Below, piece by piece: positions 1 through 9,435 of a stretch of 64,000 nt of DNA. The DNA is taken from assembly GCA_036517335.1 (NCBI GenBank), contig DATDWX010000027.1, forward strand, positions 24,192 to 88,191. The letters are read 5' to 3'. Both the position numbers and the translations under genes were made by a program. The number at the start of each line of letters is the position of its first letter. The stretch's first letter is position 1. The notes below the pieces were generated by a model. It did no database searches. It saw only the letters and a list, made by a program, of their open reading frames with translations, and was not told the origin of the DNA. This stretch comes from Minisyncoccota bacterium (GTDB taxonomy: Bacteria; Patescibacteriota; Minisyncoccia; Phycocordibacterales; UBA2100).

Positions 1-324
1 GGTGCCCTCTACGTTGGTCTTGATGCACAAACTGGGGTTGCTGATGCTCTGATCCACGTGGCTCTCTGCCGCAAAATGGATTATGTGGGTCGGCTGGTAC
101 TGCTCAAAAATGCTCGTCATGGCTCCCACATCGCAGATATCCGCTTTCTCAAACACATAGTTTTTCTGCTCGTGCACCGTGACATTGTGTACGTCTGCAG
201 CGTAGGTGAGTACATCAACATTGATGAAGAGTTCCCGCGGATATTTCTTGACCGCGTAATTAAGGTAGTTGCTGCCGATGAAGCCTGCCCCGCCAGTCAC
301 AATAATTTTCTTTTTGTGTTCCAT
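1..324 (-). CDS. rfbB: dTDP-glucose 4,6-dehydratase, N-terminal part (gene runs off the window start)
   Basis: Reverse-strand translation from the ATG at 322-324 gives MEHKKKIIVTGGAGFIGSNYLNYAVKKYP...HFAAESHVD. This is the typical Rossmann N-terminus of RmlB-type extended SDR enzymes. Confidence 0.8.
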   Translation of the reverse strand, partial: MEHKKKIIVTGGAGFIGSNYLNYAVKKYPRELFINVDVLTYAADVHNVTVHEQKNYVFEKADICDVGAMTSIFEQYQPTHIIHFAAESHVDQSISNPSLCIKTNVEGT

Positions 325-333
325 ACGCGCCCC

Positions 334-1071
334 TTATCGTTTTGCTCGTTTTTTCATAAACCGTGATGCCTCGTGCAGGCTCTCGATGGTGCCGATGTCA
401 AACCATTCACCACGCAACATATGGGATCGCAGGGTCCCCTCTTCCAGATAGAGTTTATTGACCTCGGTGATCTCGTATTCTCCGCGATCGCTTTTTTGCA
501 CCTTGCGTATTTTATCAAAAACCGAGTTGTCGTAGATGTAGAGACCCGTTGCCGCTAGGTTGCTCCTCGGCTTTTTGGGCTTTTCCTCGAGGTTGGTTAT
601 TTTGCCGCGCTTATTTACCTCAGCGACACCGAAACGCTCCGGATCGTCGACCTTTTTGAGGAAAAGTGTCGCGCCCTGCTTAAATTTTTTTATTGCAGGA
701 GCGATATCGTCGGTAATAATGTTGTCGCCGAGGAATAGCACGCAATCATCGTCGCCGATGTAATCCTCTGCAATATAGAGACCATAGGCGATACCATTCG
801 GCTCATTTTGGATACCATAGACGATCTGGATCTGTCGCGCGCTCGACTGTGTGGGTACAAAGTGTTGCCCGGAGCCGAGCAGCCGCACGAAGGAGTCAAT
901 ATGGGCGGGGGAGGTGACGATCATCACTTTGCCTATGCCGGCGTCCACGAGCTTCTCGATCGCATAGTAGATGACCGGCTTATTGAAAACCGGCAATAAG
1001 TGCTTGTTGGTGACAAGCGTCAAGGGGTGGAGCCGGGTGCCCGACCCCCCTGCAAGTATGACTGCTTTCAT
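334..1071 (-). CDS. rfbA: glucose-1-phosphate thymidylyltransferase
   Basis: 245-aa ORF MKAVILAGGSGTRLHPLT...NKPVIYY...EKPKKPRSNLAATGLY. It carries the canonical nucleotidyltransferase G-loop and the RmlA motifs, and lies directly upstream of rfbB. Confidence 0.85.
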   Translation of the reverse strand: MKAVILAGGSGTRLHPLTLVTNKHLLPVFNKPVIYYAIEKLVDAGIGKVMIVTSPAHIDSFVRLLGSGQHFVPTQSSARQIQIVYGIQNEPNGIAYGLYIAEDYIGDDDCVLFLGDNIITDDIAPAIKKFKQGATLFLKKVDDPERFGVAEVNKRGKITNLEEKPKKPRSNLAATGLYIYDNSVFDKIRKVQKSDRGEYEITEVNKLYLEEGTLRSHMLRGEWFDIGTIESLHEASRFMKKRAKR

Positions 1072-1113
1072 GGTGCGCTTATACTACCCCTCCCGTGGTA
1101 TAGTGTCGAATCT

Positions 1114-1845
1114 ATGGAAAAAAGGGCGATCTGCGCCATCCTTGCCTACAATTGTGCCGGCGTGCTCGAAGATACCTTCCGGCGGATACCCACCGATGCG
1201 GTCGAGCGGATCATTCTCGTCGACGATGCATCGACCGACAACACACTCGAAGTTGCGCGTCGCCTCGGTATCGAATCGTACACACATCCGCACACCGGCT
1301 ACGGCGGCAACGTAAAATATCTGATACGCAAGGGGCTCGAGCTCGGTGCGGAATATGTGGTCGATCTGCACGGCGATGGGCAATACGATCCGGCGGTCAT
1401 TCCGACGGCGCTCGCGAAGGCTCGAGAAGGATACGATCTGGTTCTGGGATCTCGATTTACCGAAGCGGGGCAGCCGCTCAAGGATGGCATGTCGTGGGCG
1501 CGCTATCTTGCCAACATTGGATTGAGCACTATCCAGCGCGTCGTACTTGGATTGCCGCTCACGGAATTTCACACGGGATTTCGCGTGTACTCGCGGCATT
1601 TGGCGGAAGTGGTGAGCTTCGACCACTCGTCCAACAACCACCTTTTTAGTTTTCAGATCATCGTTCAGGCGCACTACGCCGGCCTCAAGGTAGGCGAAGT
1701 GCCGATACGATGCGATTATAGTGGCGAACACACATCCATTTCCATACGCAATTCAACCATTTACGCATTCCAAACCTTTGGGACACTCGCCCTCTACGTG
1801 CTCGCCAAAATGGGATTTAAGGTAAAATTATTCGCGAGCAAATGA
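1114..1845 (+). CDS. family 2 glycosyltransferase
   Basis: Start is the internal Met (MEKRAICAILAYNCAG) of ORF 1000..1845. It shows the GT-A fold signatures (DDASTDNT, DLHGDGQYDP). Confidence 0.7.
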   Translation: MEKRAICAILAYNCAGVLEDTFRRIPTDAVERIILVDDASTDNTLEVARRLGIESYTHPHTGYGGNVKYLIRKGLELGAEYVVDLHGDGQYDPAVIPTALAKAREGYDLVLGSRFTEAGQPLKDGMSWARYLANIGLSTIQRVVLGLPLTEFHTGFRVYSRHLAEVVSFDHSSNNHLFSFQIIVQAHYAGLKVGEVPIRCDYSGEHTSISIRNSTIYAFQTFGTLALYVLAKMGFKVKLFASK

Positions 1846-1861
1846 GCATAACGTTTCAAAC

Positions 1862-3574
1862 ATGAAGAGCATCGTCAAAACACACTGGCTTGCGATCGTC
1901 GTCTCGGTGTTCGTGGGCCTTTTCCATGTATTGCCGAGTGTTTTTTTCACATTTACGCCAGATTATGCGGGCGTGATGATGGTGGGACCAGCAGACGAAG
2001 AGCACTATGTGGCTCGCACGCAGCAAGCCTACATAGGTCACCCGCTCACCACGAACACCTTTTTGCAGAACAAAGACCAGCCGTATTTTCAGCCAGGACT
2101 TGGCGAGTCGATCGTGGCCGGACTTGCACGAATCACCGGTTTGAGTGCGACGCAGATGATCGTTGTATCAAAGTTCCTGTTTCCTTTTTTGGTGGCGCTG
2201 ATCATATACGCATTTGTCTACGCGCTCTTCGCATCAGTGCCGGTAGCGCTTATGGCGGTCTTGTGCGTCTTTTTCGCGGACAATTTGACGAGCAGTGGGG
2301 CGTCGACATGGCTGCGTCTCTTGCAAGGTCAATCCCCAGAGGGCTGGCTGCCCTATGCTCGGCCGGTCAATCCACAAATCAGCGGCCTGCTCTTCTTTGG
2401 CACGCTCTATCTGCTATACCGCACATTTTGGAACCGTGATATCTGGCGTACGGGAGCAGTCATCGGCATTGGCCTCCTTATCGGCGCGGCTTCGTATTTA
2501 AATCCCTACAACTGGACTTTCTTCATCGTATTCTTTGGACTTTTCTTCCTGTGGTGCTTGTATCGCAAGGAGTACAAAGATGCACTCAACACTGTGTACA
2601 TCGGCGCAATCAGCTTATTGGTCTCCATCCCGTTTTTCTTTAATTATTGGCAGCTTCTCGCGCACCCTGATTATGTGGAGAGTGCCGCGCGGTTCGGTAT
2701 TATCGCTACCCACGCGCCGATCATCGGAGCGTGGGTGATCTTGCTCTTCCTTTGCCCACTTCTTTTGTGGCCCAAAGAATATGCCAGAGCCAAATCATTC
2801 TTCATTATATCGGCTATCGCGATCTTTCTTCTGCTCAATCAGCAAGTAATCACCGGCCACTTGATGCAGCAGAATCACTATCATTTCTACGATACGAAAC
2901 CGCTCGCCGAGATCATGTTTGCCATGTACATAATTGTGATCGGAGCGCTGCTGGTGCGGCACGAGAAATTACGTATCTCTCTGTATGCCGCTATCGCGCT
3001 TTTCTTTTTCTACAATGGCGCACTCATTCAGTACCATTCGTACCTATCTTCGTATCCGCTAGCCGCCGCCGCGCAGAAGTACGCGCCATTGCTCAGCTAC
3101 CTGGAGGCCTTACCCCAAAACGAAACAATCTGGGCAGACAGAAATCTCTCGACGTATATCCCGATGTATACCGCGCATAGCGTACCCAACAATTTCTATG
3201 CGTTTGCCTATCTGACAAGTAATAAGTATCTCGAAAAGAGAATTCTTCTAGAATATCGTCTACGCGGCGTGCCACCTTCACAGGCCTACGACACCCTGGT
3301 GCAAGATCGCGCAGATGTGTCAAGTCGGATCTTTCAGTTGTATTGGCGTGAGAAGACGGGGAGTTATGCCGGCATACCGGATTCGTTACTCCGAGACTAC
3401 GCAAAAGATTACGCAACCTTTGTCCGGGCGCCATACCCGACATTGTTCCGTGATATGGGGATCACGATGATAGCGTGGGATAAAAACGCCGAACCCGCCT
3501 GGAATATAAATGCAATGCCGTTCGTGAGCAAAATATTTGAGATTGGAGATATCGTTGTGTTCCGCCTGCAGTAA
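1862..3574 (+). CDS. polytopic integral membrane protein, likely a membrane glycosyltransferase or polysaccharide-processing protein
   Basis: 570 aa with about 12 or more hydrophobic segments and no recognisable soluble catalytic domain. It sits among glycan genes. Confidence 0.45.
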   Translation: MKSIVKTHWLAIVVSVFVGLFHVLPSVFFTFTPDYAGVMMVGPADEEHYVARTQQAYIGHPLTTNTFLQNKDQPYFQPGLGESIVAGLARITGLSATQMIVVSKFLFPFLVALIIYAFVYALFASVPVALMAVLCVFFADNLTSSGASTWLRLLQGQSPEGWLPYARPVNPQISGLLFFGTLYLLYRTFWNRDIWRTGAVIGIGLLIGAASYLNPYNWTFFIVFFGLFFLWCLYRKEYKDALNTVYIGAISLLVSIPFFFNYWQLLAHPDYVESAARFGIIATHAPIIGAWVILLFLCPLLLWPKEYARAKSFFIISAIAIFLLLNQQVITGHLMQQNHYHFYDTKPLAEIMFAMYIIVIGALLVRHEKLRISLYAAIALFFFYNGALIQYHSYLSSYPLAAAAQKYAPLLSYLEALPQNETIWADRNLSTYIPMYTAHSVPNNFYAFAYLTSNKYLEKRILLEYRLRGVPPSQAYDTLVQDRADVSSRIFQLYWREKTGSYAGIPDSLLRDYAKDYATFVRAPYPTLFRDMGITMIAWDKNAEPAWNINAMPFVSKIFEIGDIVVFRLQ

Positions 3575-3637
3575 AACAGAACGAGCGATCGAATTCCTAT
3601 CGTTCCAGCGCAGACAAATTTAATTCAGAGAGGGTGG

Positions 3638-4351
3638 TCATAGTTTTTCGCCTACATAGATCCAATCTCCCCGGATATTTTTGCATGTGTGCTTTGGCAT
3701 GTTAATCACCCGCTCGACATCCGACTTGAGAGGGAAAAAGTGTATGTGCATATCGAGCGTGTAGTAGTAATATCGCTGGCAGGGGACGGCGATGATAACT
3801 TGCTTGCGTGCAACACGCTTCAACTCTTGTACGGCTTTCTCTATATCGACCACATGTTCAAGTATGCAGGTAGCCATGACTATGTCGAATGACCCGTCCG
3901 CAAATGGCAAGTCGGTTATATTGCCCTGTTTGTAATCGGCTCCCTGTATATCTACGTGGTCGTAGACGTCGCACCCGGTGAGCGCTGTCCGCGGCTTGGA
4001 TTCTCCAATACGCCCGAGCACATACCCTCTCCCACATCCAACATCAAGAAGAGAGGTGGTGGATGTATCAATGCTCTCTTGTATCGCACGTATCGCCAAC
4101 TCGCTGATGTCGGTCGGCCGGTCCGTTGCGCGGCTATCGAGCGTTCTGTAGGCGTTGGCGTATTCCTCTGGTGTCATTTCGTGGACCAAAGACTTGAAAT
4201 CCATATACAACTTCAAGTTTTTACCTTTGAACCAAAAATAGAATGCCGGATACATGAACCACCGATTATCACGGATGATGGGAGGGAGACATTCATCCAT
4301 AATGAAGCGGATGACGTTCGTGACTGATCTGTTCATATCCTTAAGCGGCAA
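3638..4351 (-). CDS. class I SAM-dependent methyltransferase
   Basis: LLDVGCGRGY motif I, followed by the acidic loop and the FDIVMATCILEHV motif. Confidence 0.7.
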   Translation of the reverse strand: MPLKDMNRSVTNVIRFIMDECLPPIIRDNRWFMYPAFYFWFKGKNLKLYMDFKSLVHEMTPEEYANAYRTLDSRATDRPTDISELAIRAIQESIDTSTTSLLDVGCGRGYVLGRIGESKPRTALTGCDVYDHVDIQGADYKQGNITDLPFADGSFDIVMATCILEHVVDIEKAVQELKRVARKQVIIAVPCQRYYYYTLDMHIHFFPLKSDVERVINMPKHTCKNIRGDWIYVGEKL

Positions 4352-6212
4352 ACCAATTCTGATACCATAGCTGAAATACCATGAGTGTCCAGAGTTTTTT
4401 GCGGTTGTCGCGCGCCCCTTGCTCGTGCTCGCTCTTTACCTTTGCCACCTTCTCTGCATCAAAGAAGCCACTCTTTTCTATCGCCCTGCGGCCGAGCAGC
4501 TCATCTGAAAGCGGTTTGAGCTCTTTTTTGAGCCAGCGGCCGAGCGGGACGGCGAAGCCCTGTTTTTTGCGGTACACAATATTGCGCGACAACTTATCTT
4601 CCATCAGCCTTTTCAGAATGTATTTTCCTGTGCCGCGATGAAATTTGTAATGGTAGGGGAGACTTTGGAGGAATTCCACAAGAGTATAGTCCAAAAAAGG
4701 CGCGCGTACTTCCAGCCCGTGCGCCATACTTGCTCGGTCCACCTTGACCAGCACCTCGTCCATAAGATAGGTGCGCGCGTAGGACCAGAGTAGATCATTC
4801 AGAAATTCTTCTCGACTCGATTGGGTGGGGAAGAACGCATTGAGATGTTCATACGGTGATGGTTGGGTGCCGCCGCGGTCGAGGAGCTCGCGCGCTTCGA
4901 TGTCGCTAAAAGCGCCGAGCCATCTCTGGTGGCGGTGCCGGGGATCTGTTTCGACGCCCTCCAAAAACCGCTTCAATTTGAAATCAAAGCTAAAGTATGA
5001 ATGCCGCACCGGCAGCGCTTGAATGATCGGTTCGATGAGTTGGCGTCGCAGTGTTTCAGGAATATGTTTGTAATAATTCACGAGTGCCTCTGCCTTAAAT
5101 GTGGGATAGCCTGCCAGAAGTTCGTCGCTGCCGTCGCCGGCGAGTGCTACAGTCACATGCTTGCGGGTAAATTGCGAGAGGAGGTAGGTGGGCATGAGCG
5201 AAGAATCCGCGATTGGTTCGTCAAGATATGAAAACACTTCTGGAATCAAATCCATGCAACGCTCTGGGGAAAAGTGCTCGGTCGTGTGAGATACGCCGAG
5301 CGCGCGCGCGACTTCAGTCGCGTATGCAGACTCATCGAAGTCACTATTGGTAAATCCTATGGAAAACGTTTTTACCTGTTCCTTACTCACGCGTCCCGCG
5401 TAATAGGCGATCGTCGAGCTATCAAGGCCACCACTCAAGAAGACACCGAGTGGTACATCGCTCACGAGCCGCCGAGCCACACTCGCCTCCAGCAGATGAT
5501 CGAGCTGCCGGAGCGCTTCATCAAAGGATAGATTCGATTGAGAGCGGGTGATATTCCAAAAGCATTTCTCTGCAGGCTTCGCGCCCCTCTTGTATACGAG
5601 ATAGCTGCCGGGCGAGAGCTTCCGCACGCCCTTAAAAATGGAAAGAGGAGTGGGGACGTATTCGTAGGTAAGGTAGAGCTGCACCGCCCAAGGATCGATC
5701 TCTTTTTTAAAATCCGGGTGGCACATGAGGGATTTGAGCTCCGAGCCGAAAATGAGCGTGTCCCCAAACACACCCCAATAGAGAGGTTTTTTGCCAAGCC
5801 GGTCGCGCACCAGTATCAGCGACTTTTCTCGTGCGTCCCAGAGAGCAAAGGCGAACATACCATTGAGTCTTGAAAATGCTTCCACGCCGTACCTTTCGTA
5901 TAGCGCGAGTATGACTTCGGTGTCGGTGTTGCTCTTGAAGCGGTAGCCACCGTGCGCTTCGATATCGCGGCGAAGCTCCCCAAAATTGTAGATCTCTCCA
6001 TTGAACGTGATGATCGTATGCCCTGTCGTGCTCTCCATCGGCTGATGTCCGGATGCAGAGAGGTCAATAATAGAGAGTCTCGTGTGTGCAAGCCCAACGC
6101 TGCCCTTGAGATAGCTACCGTGATCATCGGGACCGCGCCGTGCGAGCGCCGCAGTCATCTTGCCGAGCGTCCCCTCGTCTCCCGCTCCGACAAATCCGCC
6201 GATGCCGCACAT
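4341..6212 (-). CDS. asnB: asparagine synthase (glutamine-hydrolysing)-like amidotransferase
   Basis: N-terminal MCGIGG class-II glutamine amidotransferase nucleophile, followed by the SGGLDSS PP-loop of the synthetase domain. 623 aa. Confidence 0.8.
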   Translation of the reverse strand: MCGIGGFVGAGDEGTLGKMTAALARRGPDDHGSYLKGSVGLAHTRLSIIDLSASGHQPMESTTGHTIITFNGEIYNFGELRRDIEAHGGYRFKSNTDTEVILALYERYGVEAFSRLNGMFAFALWDAREKSLILVRDRLGKKPLYWGVFGDTLIFGSELKSLMCHPDFKKEIDPWAVQLYLTYEYVPTPLSIFKGVRKLSPGSYLVYKRGAKPAEKCFWNITRSQSNLSFDEALRQLDHLLEASVARRLVSDVPLGVFLSGGLDSSTIAYYAGRVSKEQVKTFSIGFTNSDFDESAYATEVARALGVSHTTEHFSPERCMDLIPEVFSYLDEPIADSSLMPTYLLSQFTRKHVTVALAGDGSDELLAGYPTFKAEALVNYYKHIPETLRRQLIEPIIQALPVRHSYFSFDFKLKRFLEGVETDPRHRHQRWLGAFSDIEARELLDRGGTQPSPYEHLNAFFPTQSSREEFLNDLLWSYARTYLMDEVLVKVDRASMAHGLEVRAPFLDYTLVEFLQSLPYHYKFHRGTGKYILKRLMEDKLSRNIVYRKKQGFAVPLGRWLKKELKPLSDELLGRRAIEKSGFFDAEKVAKVKSEHEQGARDNRKKLWTLMVFQLWYQNWFAA

Positions 6213-6217
6213 GGTGG

Positions 6218-7156
6218 CTAATAGTGGATCTTTTCGGCGATTCGGAAAGTCGGCTTGTCTTGCATCTCGTGGTACGTACGTGTGAGCATCTCTGCGATGA
6301 GACCGAGGAGGATGAATTGAATACCAATGACTATCAGAAATACCGTGACGAGGGGAAGCGGCGTATTCACGAAATGGACGCTAAAGCCAAACTTGAGAAC
6401 AAGCATCCACAGACCAGTGATACAGCCAAACACGATGCTAACGAATCCAAAACTGCCGAAGAAATGCATGGGCCGAGCGAGGTAGGTCGTCAAAAAAAGC
6501 ACCGAGACAAAATCCAAGAGACCGCGGATCGTTCTCCCCATGCCGTATTTCGACACGCCGGCGTGGCGCTTGTGATGCTCGACCGCGAGCTCGGCAACCA
6601 TAAACCCTCGTTTTGCGGCCAGTAGCGGGAGCAGACGGTGCATGTCACTGTACAGGGGAATATCTTCCAAGACCGCGCGGCGGTAGACCTTGAAGCCGCA
6701 GTTGAAATCATGGAGCGGCACGCCGCTCCACTTGGACACCACGCTGTTGAAGATCTTGGATGGCCAGGTCTTATCGATGGGGTCGTGCCTGATCTTGCGC
6801 CAGCCAATGACGAAATCAAATCCCTCATGCAACTTCGCAACCATGCGTGGGATCTCCGTGGGGTCGTCTTGCAGATCGGCGTCGAGATTGATAAGTATCT
6901 TACCCGTACTCGCTTTAAATCCCGCCGTCATGGCGGCGCTTTTGCCAAAATTGCGACCAAAGCGGATCACCGTGATCCGCTTGTCTGCCTTGGCGAGCCG
7001 CGTGAGATCGGCAAAGCTCGAGTCGCTCGAGCCGTCGTCGACGAAGAGTATCTCCGCGTCTCCTTTCAGCTGCCGAAGGCCCCCCAACAATTTCTCATAC
7101 AGGAGGTCAAGATTGCCCTCCTCGTTGTAGACCGGAATAATGACCGAGTATTCCAT
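6218..7156 (-). CDS. polyprenyl-phosphate glycosyltransferase (GT2, GtrB/ArnC/DPM1-like) with C-terminal transmembrane helices
   Basis: SVIIPVYNEEGNL, DDGSSDSS and the DADLQDDP motifs, plus two C-terminal hydrophobic helices. Start taken at the internal Met MEYSVIIP. Confidence 0.75.
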   Translation of the reverse strand: MEYSVIIPVYNEEGNLDLLYEKLLGGLRQLKGDAEILFVDDGSSDSSFADLTRLAKADKRITVIRFGRNFGKSAAMTAGFKASTGKILINLDADLQDDPTEIPRMVAKLHEGFDFVIGWRKIRHDPIDKTWPSKIFNSVVSKWSGVPLHDFNCGFKVYRRAVLEDIPLYSDMHRLLPLLAAKRGFMVAELAVEHHKRHAGVSKYGMGRTIRGLLDFVSVLFLTTYLARPMHFFGSFGFVSIVFGCITGLWMLVLKFGFSVHFVNTPLPLVTVFLIVIGIQFILLGLIAEMLTRTYHEMQDKPTFRIAEKIHY

Positions 7157-7225
7157 ATATGAGCGCATTCTAGTAGAGTCTTGCCCTCCACACAATCTTT
7201 ATATATTGGTCGACTGCCGAAGGCA

Positions 7226-7295
7226 GGGTACACCCCGTTAGAGGCCTCGCGAAATGTGCACGCGTTTTGCCATGAAGGCCTCTAACGGGGTACAC
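7226..7295. repeat. palindromic element: inverted copies of GGTACACCCCGTTAGAGGCC separated by a 24-bp spacer
   Basis: Arms at 7226-7248 and 7274-7295 are reverse complements. The CCCGTTAGAGGC core recurs at 20678, 35632/35899 and 53515/53619. Confidence 0.7.
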
Positions 7296-7303
7296 TGCTG
7301 CCC

Positions 7304-7726
7304 ATGCCGGACATAGTGATACAACATGCGAAAAAACATCAGCAACTCGGGCGATTCCTGATCGCTGGTGGATCGGCATTCGCCGTCAATATCGTCGTGC
7401 TCTATACGCTCACGGACATTTTGCACGTCTACTACCTCATCTCTACAGTGATCGCCTTCATGGTCTCATTCTGTGTGAGTTTCATTCTCCAAAAATTCTG
7501 GACTTTCAGAGACCATTCGCGCGACCAGATGCATGTGCAAATGTCTCTTTACCTGGGCATGCAGCTCGGCAATCTCGTATTGAACGCCGCGCTCATGTAT
7601 GCGTTCGTGGAGTATCTCCACCTCTGGTACATTCTCTCGCAAGCGATCATTTCGATCGGACTCGCCATCACGAGCTTCTTTATCAACAGAGCCTATATCT
7701 TCAAGCAGCAAGATAGTGAACTCTAA
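7304..7726 (+). CDS. GtrA-family small membrane protein (polysaccharide synthesis, flippase-associated)
   Basis: 140 aa with four hydrophobic helices. FLIAGGSAFAVNIVVLY is typical of GtrA-like proteins. Confidence 0.65.
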   Translation: MPDIVIQHAKKHQQLGRFLIAGGSAFAVNIVVLYTLTDILHVYYLISTVIAFMVSFCVSFILQKFWTFRDHSRDQMHVQMSLYLGMQLGNLVLNAALMYAFVEYLHLWYILSQAIISIGLAITSFFINRAYIFKQQDSEL

Positions 7727-9405
7727 CGTACTTTGCGTACGATGTATGAATAGCCGAGTTGGTCGGAAGCGAGGAAAACGGGCAGCGTATTTACTTCTTG
7801 TGGCGAGAGTCCGCAAGCTTTGGTATTGATCTCAAAACATCTCCCCGTCGATGCCTCCGACTCTGCGCAGCGTGCAGTGCAATCCCTCGAAATGACCCAG
7901 ACGGCGTTGGTAGAGGTGGCAAAACGCGCCAAGGCCGCAGTCATTTGCTCATCTCGGTAGGCGGTGATAGTGAGCGGTTTGAAAGACGTGTCTGCGGCCA
8001 GCTGTTCGCGATTTTGCAGTAGGAACGCAAAACGACTCATCGCTTGTCGTTCTTCGTCAAGCAGCGCGAGTGACGCATAATTGACTGGAAGTGTCATGCG
8101 GCGTGCGGAATGGTCCGTGATGAAGATCGTATCCGGTGAATTAAAGCGCGCCTTGATAGTATCGAGCAACACCGACTCTGATGAGGGTTGCCAATAGAGC
8201 GAGATCGCGTGGACGCCGATGAGAGCGAAAAGCGCTAGAGCGATGACCAGTACACCTCGTGCCACCCCCTTTCCGATCTCACCCAACAGTATGGCTACAG
8301 AGAACGCACCGGCGAGTGTGAGGGGGATGCCGTAGCGCGCAGCGACATCAAAACCGACGATCAGGTGAAAGAATAGATAGGTAAAGACTGGGTAGAGAGC
8401 AATAAGTATGAGGAAGCTGCGTTTGCGTTTTCCGGAGAAGAATTGCTTGTTGCGTGCAGCAATAATGATCAATGCCACGATCACGATTGGAAACAGCAGA
8501 AAGAGCGGGTGCCCTTCAATGGCGTAGATCAAGGGCTTTACGAGGCGTGGAAACCAGTCGATGCTGCCGTCTAAGGTTTTTGCCGATTCGTCTGCAATGC
8601 TCTCGCGTATCATATACAGACGGTAGAGGAACGACACTTGCGTGGCGCACACGAGAGCAATCAGGTACCAATATTTTGCAACGTGTTGCCACACATCGCG
8701 GATCGTGAAGTGTCCGAGCAGGTAGCTATAGAGCATGAGAAGGCCGACCGAGAATGCACCAACGAAGCTCTGGAAAAAAGTCAGAATCACGCTCCACACC
8801 ATAAGCGCCACATACGTGCGTCTCTTGAAGAATTCTTCATTGCGCTCCGCGAGGTAGTATTCTTGCGCGATGAAAAACGCGCTCGTCAGTGCCACGAAGA
8901 TGATGTAGTAAGCCCACATTTTTGCGGTATGCAAGAATTCGATCACGAGTACGTTGCTAAGGAGCAAGAATAGGAAGAGTGTCAAGGTGAGCGCAAGCGG
9001 CTGCGGGACCTTTCTTTTTTTAAAAAGGAAGAAACAAAAGAGAATCGCGCCGAGCGCCGTTGCGCCGCTCACCAGGCGAAGTATGTGGAGCAGCTCTCCC
9101 GTATTGATCGCGACCCAGAGCTTCGCCGCGGAGAGGGAAAAGTGCTCCACGATTACCACGCTTGCCACCACCGGTATCAAAACGGCGGTGTCCACGTATG
9201 TCTGAATGCCGCCGTAGTACGCGCCCGAGGGAGAGAATTCCCAGCCTGGCAGCGTGTGTTTTTCTATCGAAGCAAGCGAGCTCGTGAGGAAGTAGCTCTC
9301 GTCCAAGATAATATCCGGATTATTGCCGAACGGATTGGGGTAGAGAATCACTACTGCAATGAAGAGAAAAAGTGCAGGCGGCAGCGCTTTTTTCACCATT
9401 GCCAT
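7723..9405 (-). CDS. large polytopic membrane protein, candidate lipid-linked-sugar glycosyltransferase (Gtr type-specific or GT-C-like)
   Basis: 560 aa with more than 12 transmembrane segments and a C-terminal soluble region. It is adjacent to the GtrA-like and GtrB-like genes. Confidence 0.45.
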   Translation of the reverse strand: MAMVKKALPPALFLFIAVVILYPNPFGNNPDIILDESYFLTSSLASIEKHTLPGWEFSPSGAYYGGIQTYVDTAVLIPVVASVVIVEHFSLSAAKLWVAINTGELLHILRLVSGATALGAILFCFFLFKKRKVPQPLALTLTLFLFLLLSNVLVIEFLHTAKMWAYYIIFVALTSAFFIAQEYYLAERNEEFFKRRTYVALMVWSVILTFFQSFVGAFSVGLLMLYSYLLGHFTIRDVWQHVAKYWYLIALVCATQVSFLYRLYMIRESIADESAKTLDGSIDWFPRLVKPLIYAIEGHPLFLLFPIVIVALIIIAARNKQFFSGKRKRSFLILIALYPVFTYLFFHLIVGFDVAARYGIPLTLAGAFSVAILLGEIGKGVARGVLVIALALFALIGVHAISLYWQPSSESVLLDTIKARFNSPDTIFITDHSARRMTLPVNYASLALLDEERQAMSRFAFLLQNREQLAADTSFKPLTITAYRDEQMTAALARFATSTNAVWVISRDCTARCAESEASTGRCFEINTKACGLSPQEVNTLPVFLASDQLGYSYIVRKVR

Positions 9406-9435
9406 GCTGGGCAGTATACTGCATACTCTTCGTCA

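Noticed and set aside
1084-1731. Antisense or alternative-frame ORFs inside the GT2 gene (1084..1731-, 1152..1649+)
   Set aside because: They have Arg-rich, low-complexity translations typical of off-frame GC-rich sequence. The GT2 frame carries clear GT-A motifs.
9085-9435. Long N-terminal extension of the gmd ORF (start at 9085)
   Set aside because: The extension overlaps the minus-strand membrane-protein gene and lacks GMD homology. The canonical GMD N-terminus (MKRRAFITGITGQDG) begins at 9436.
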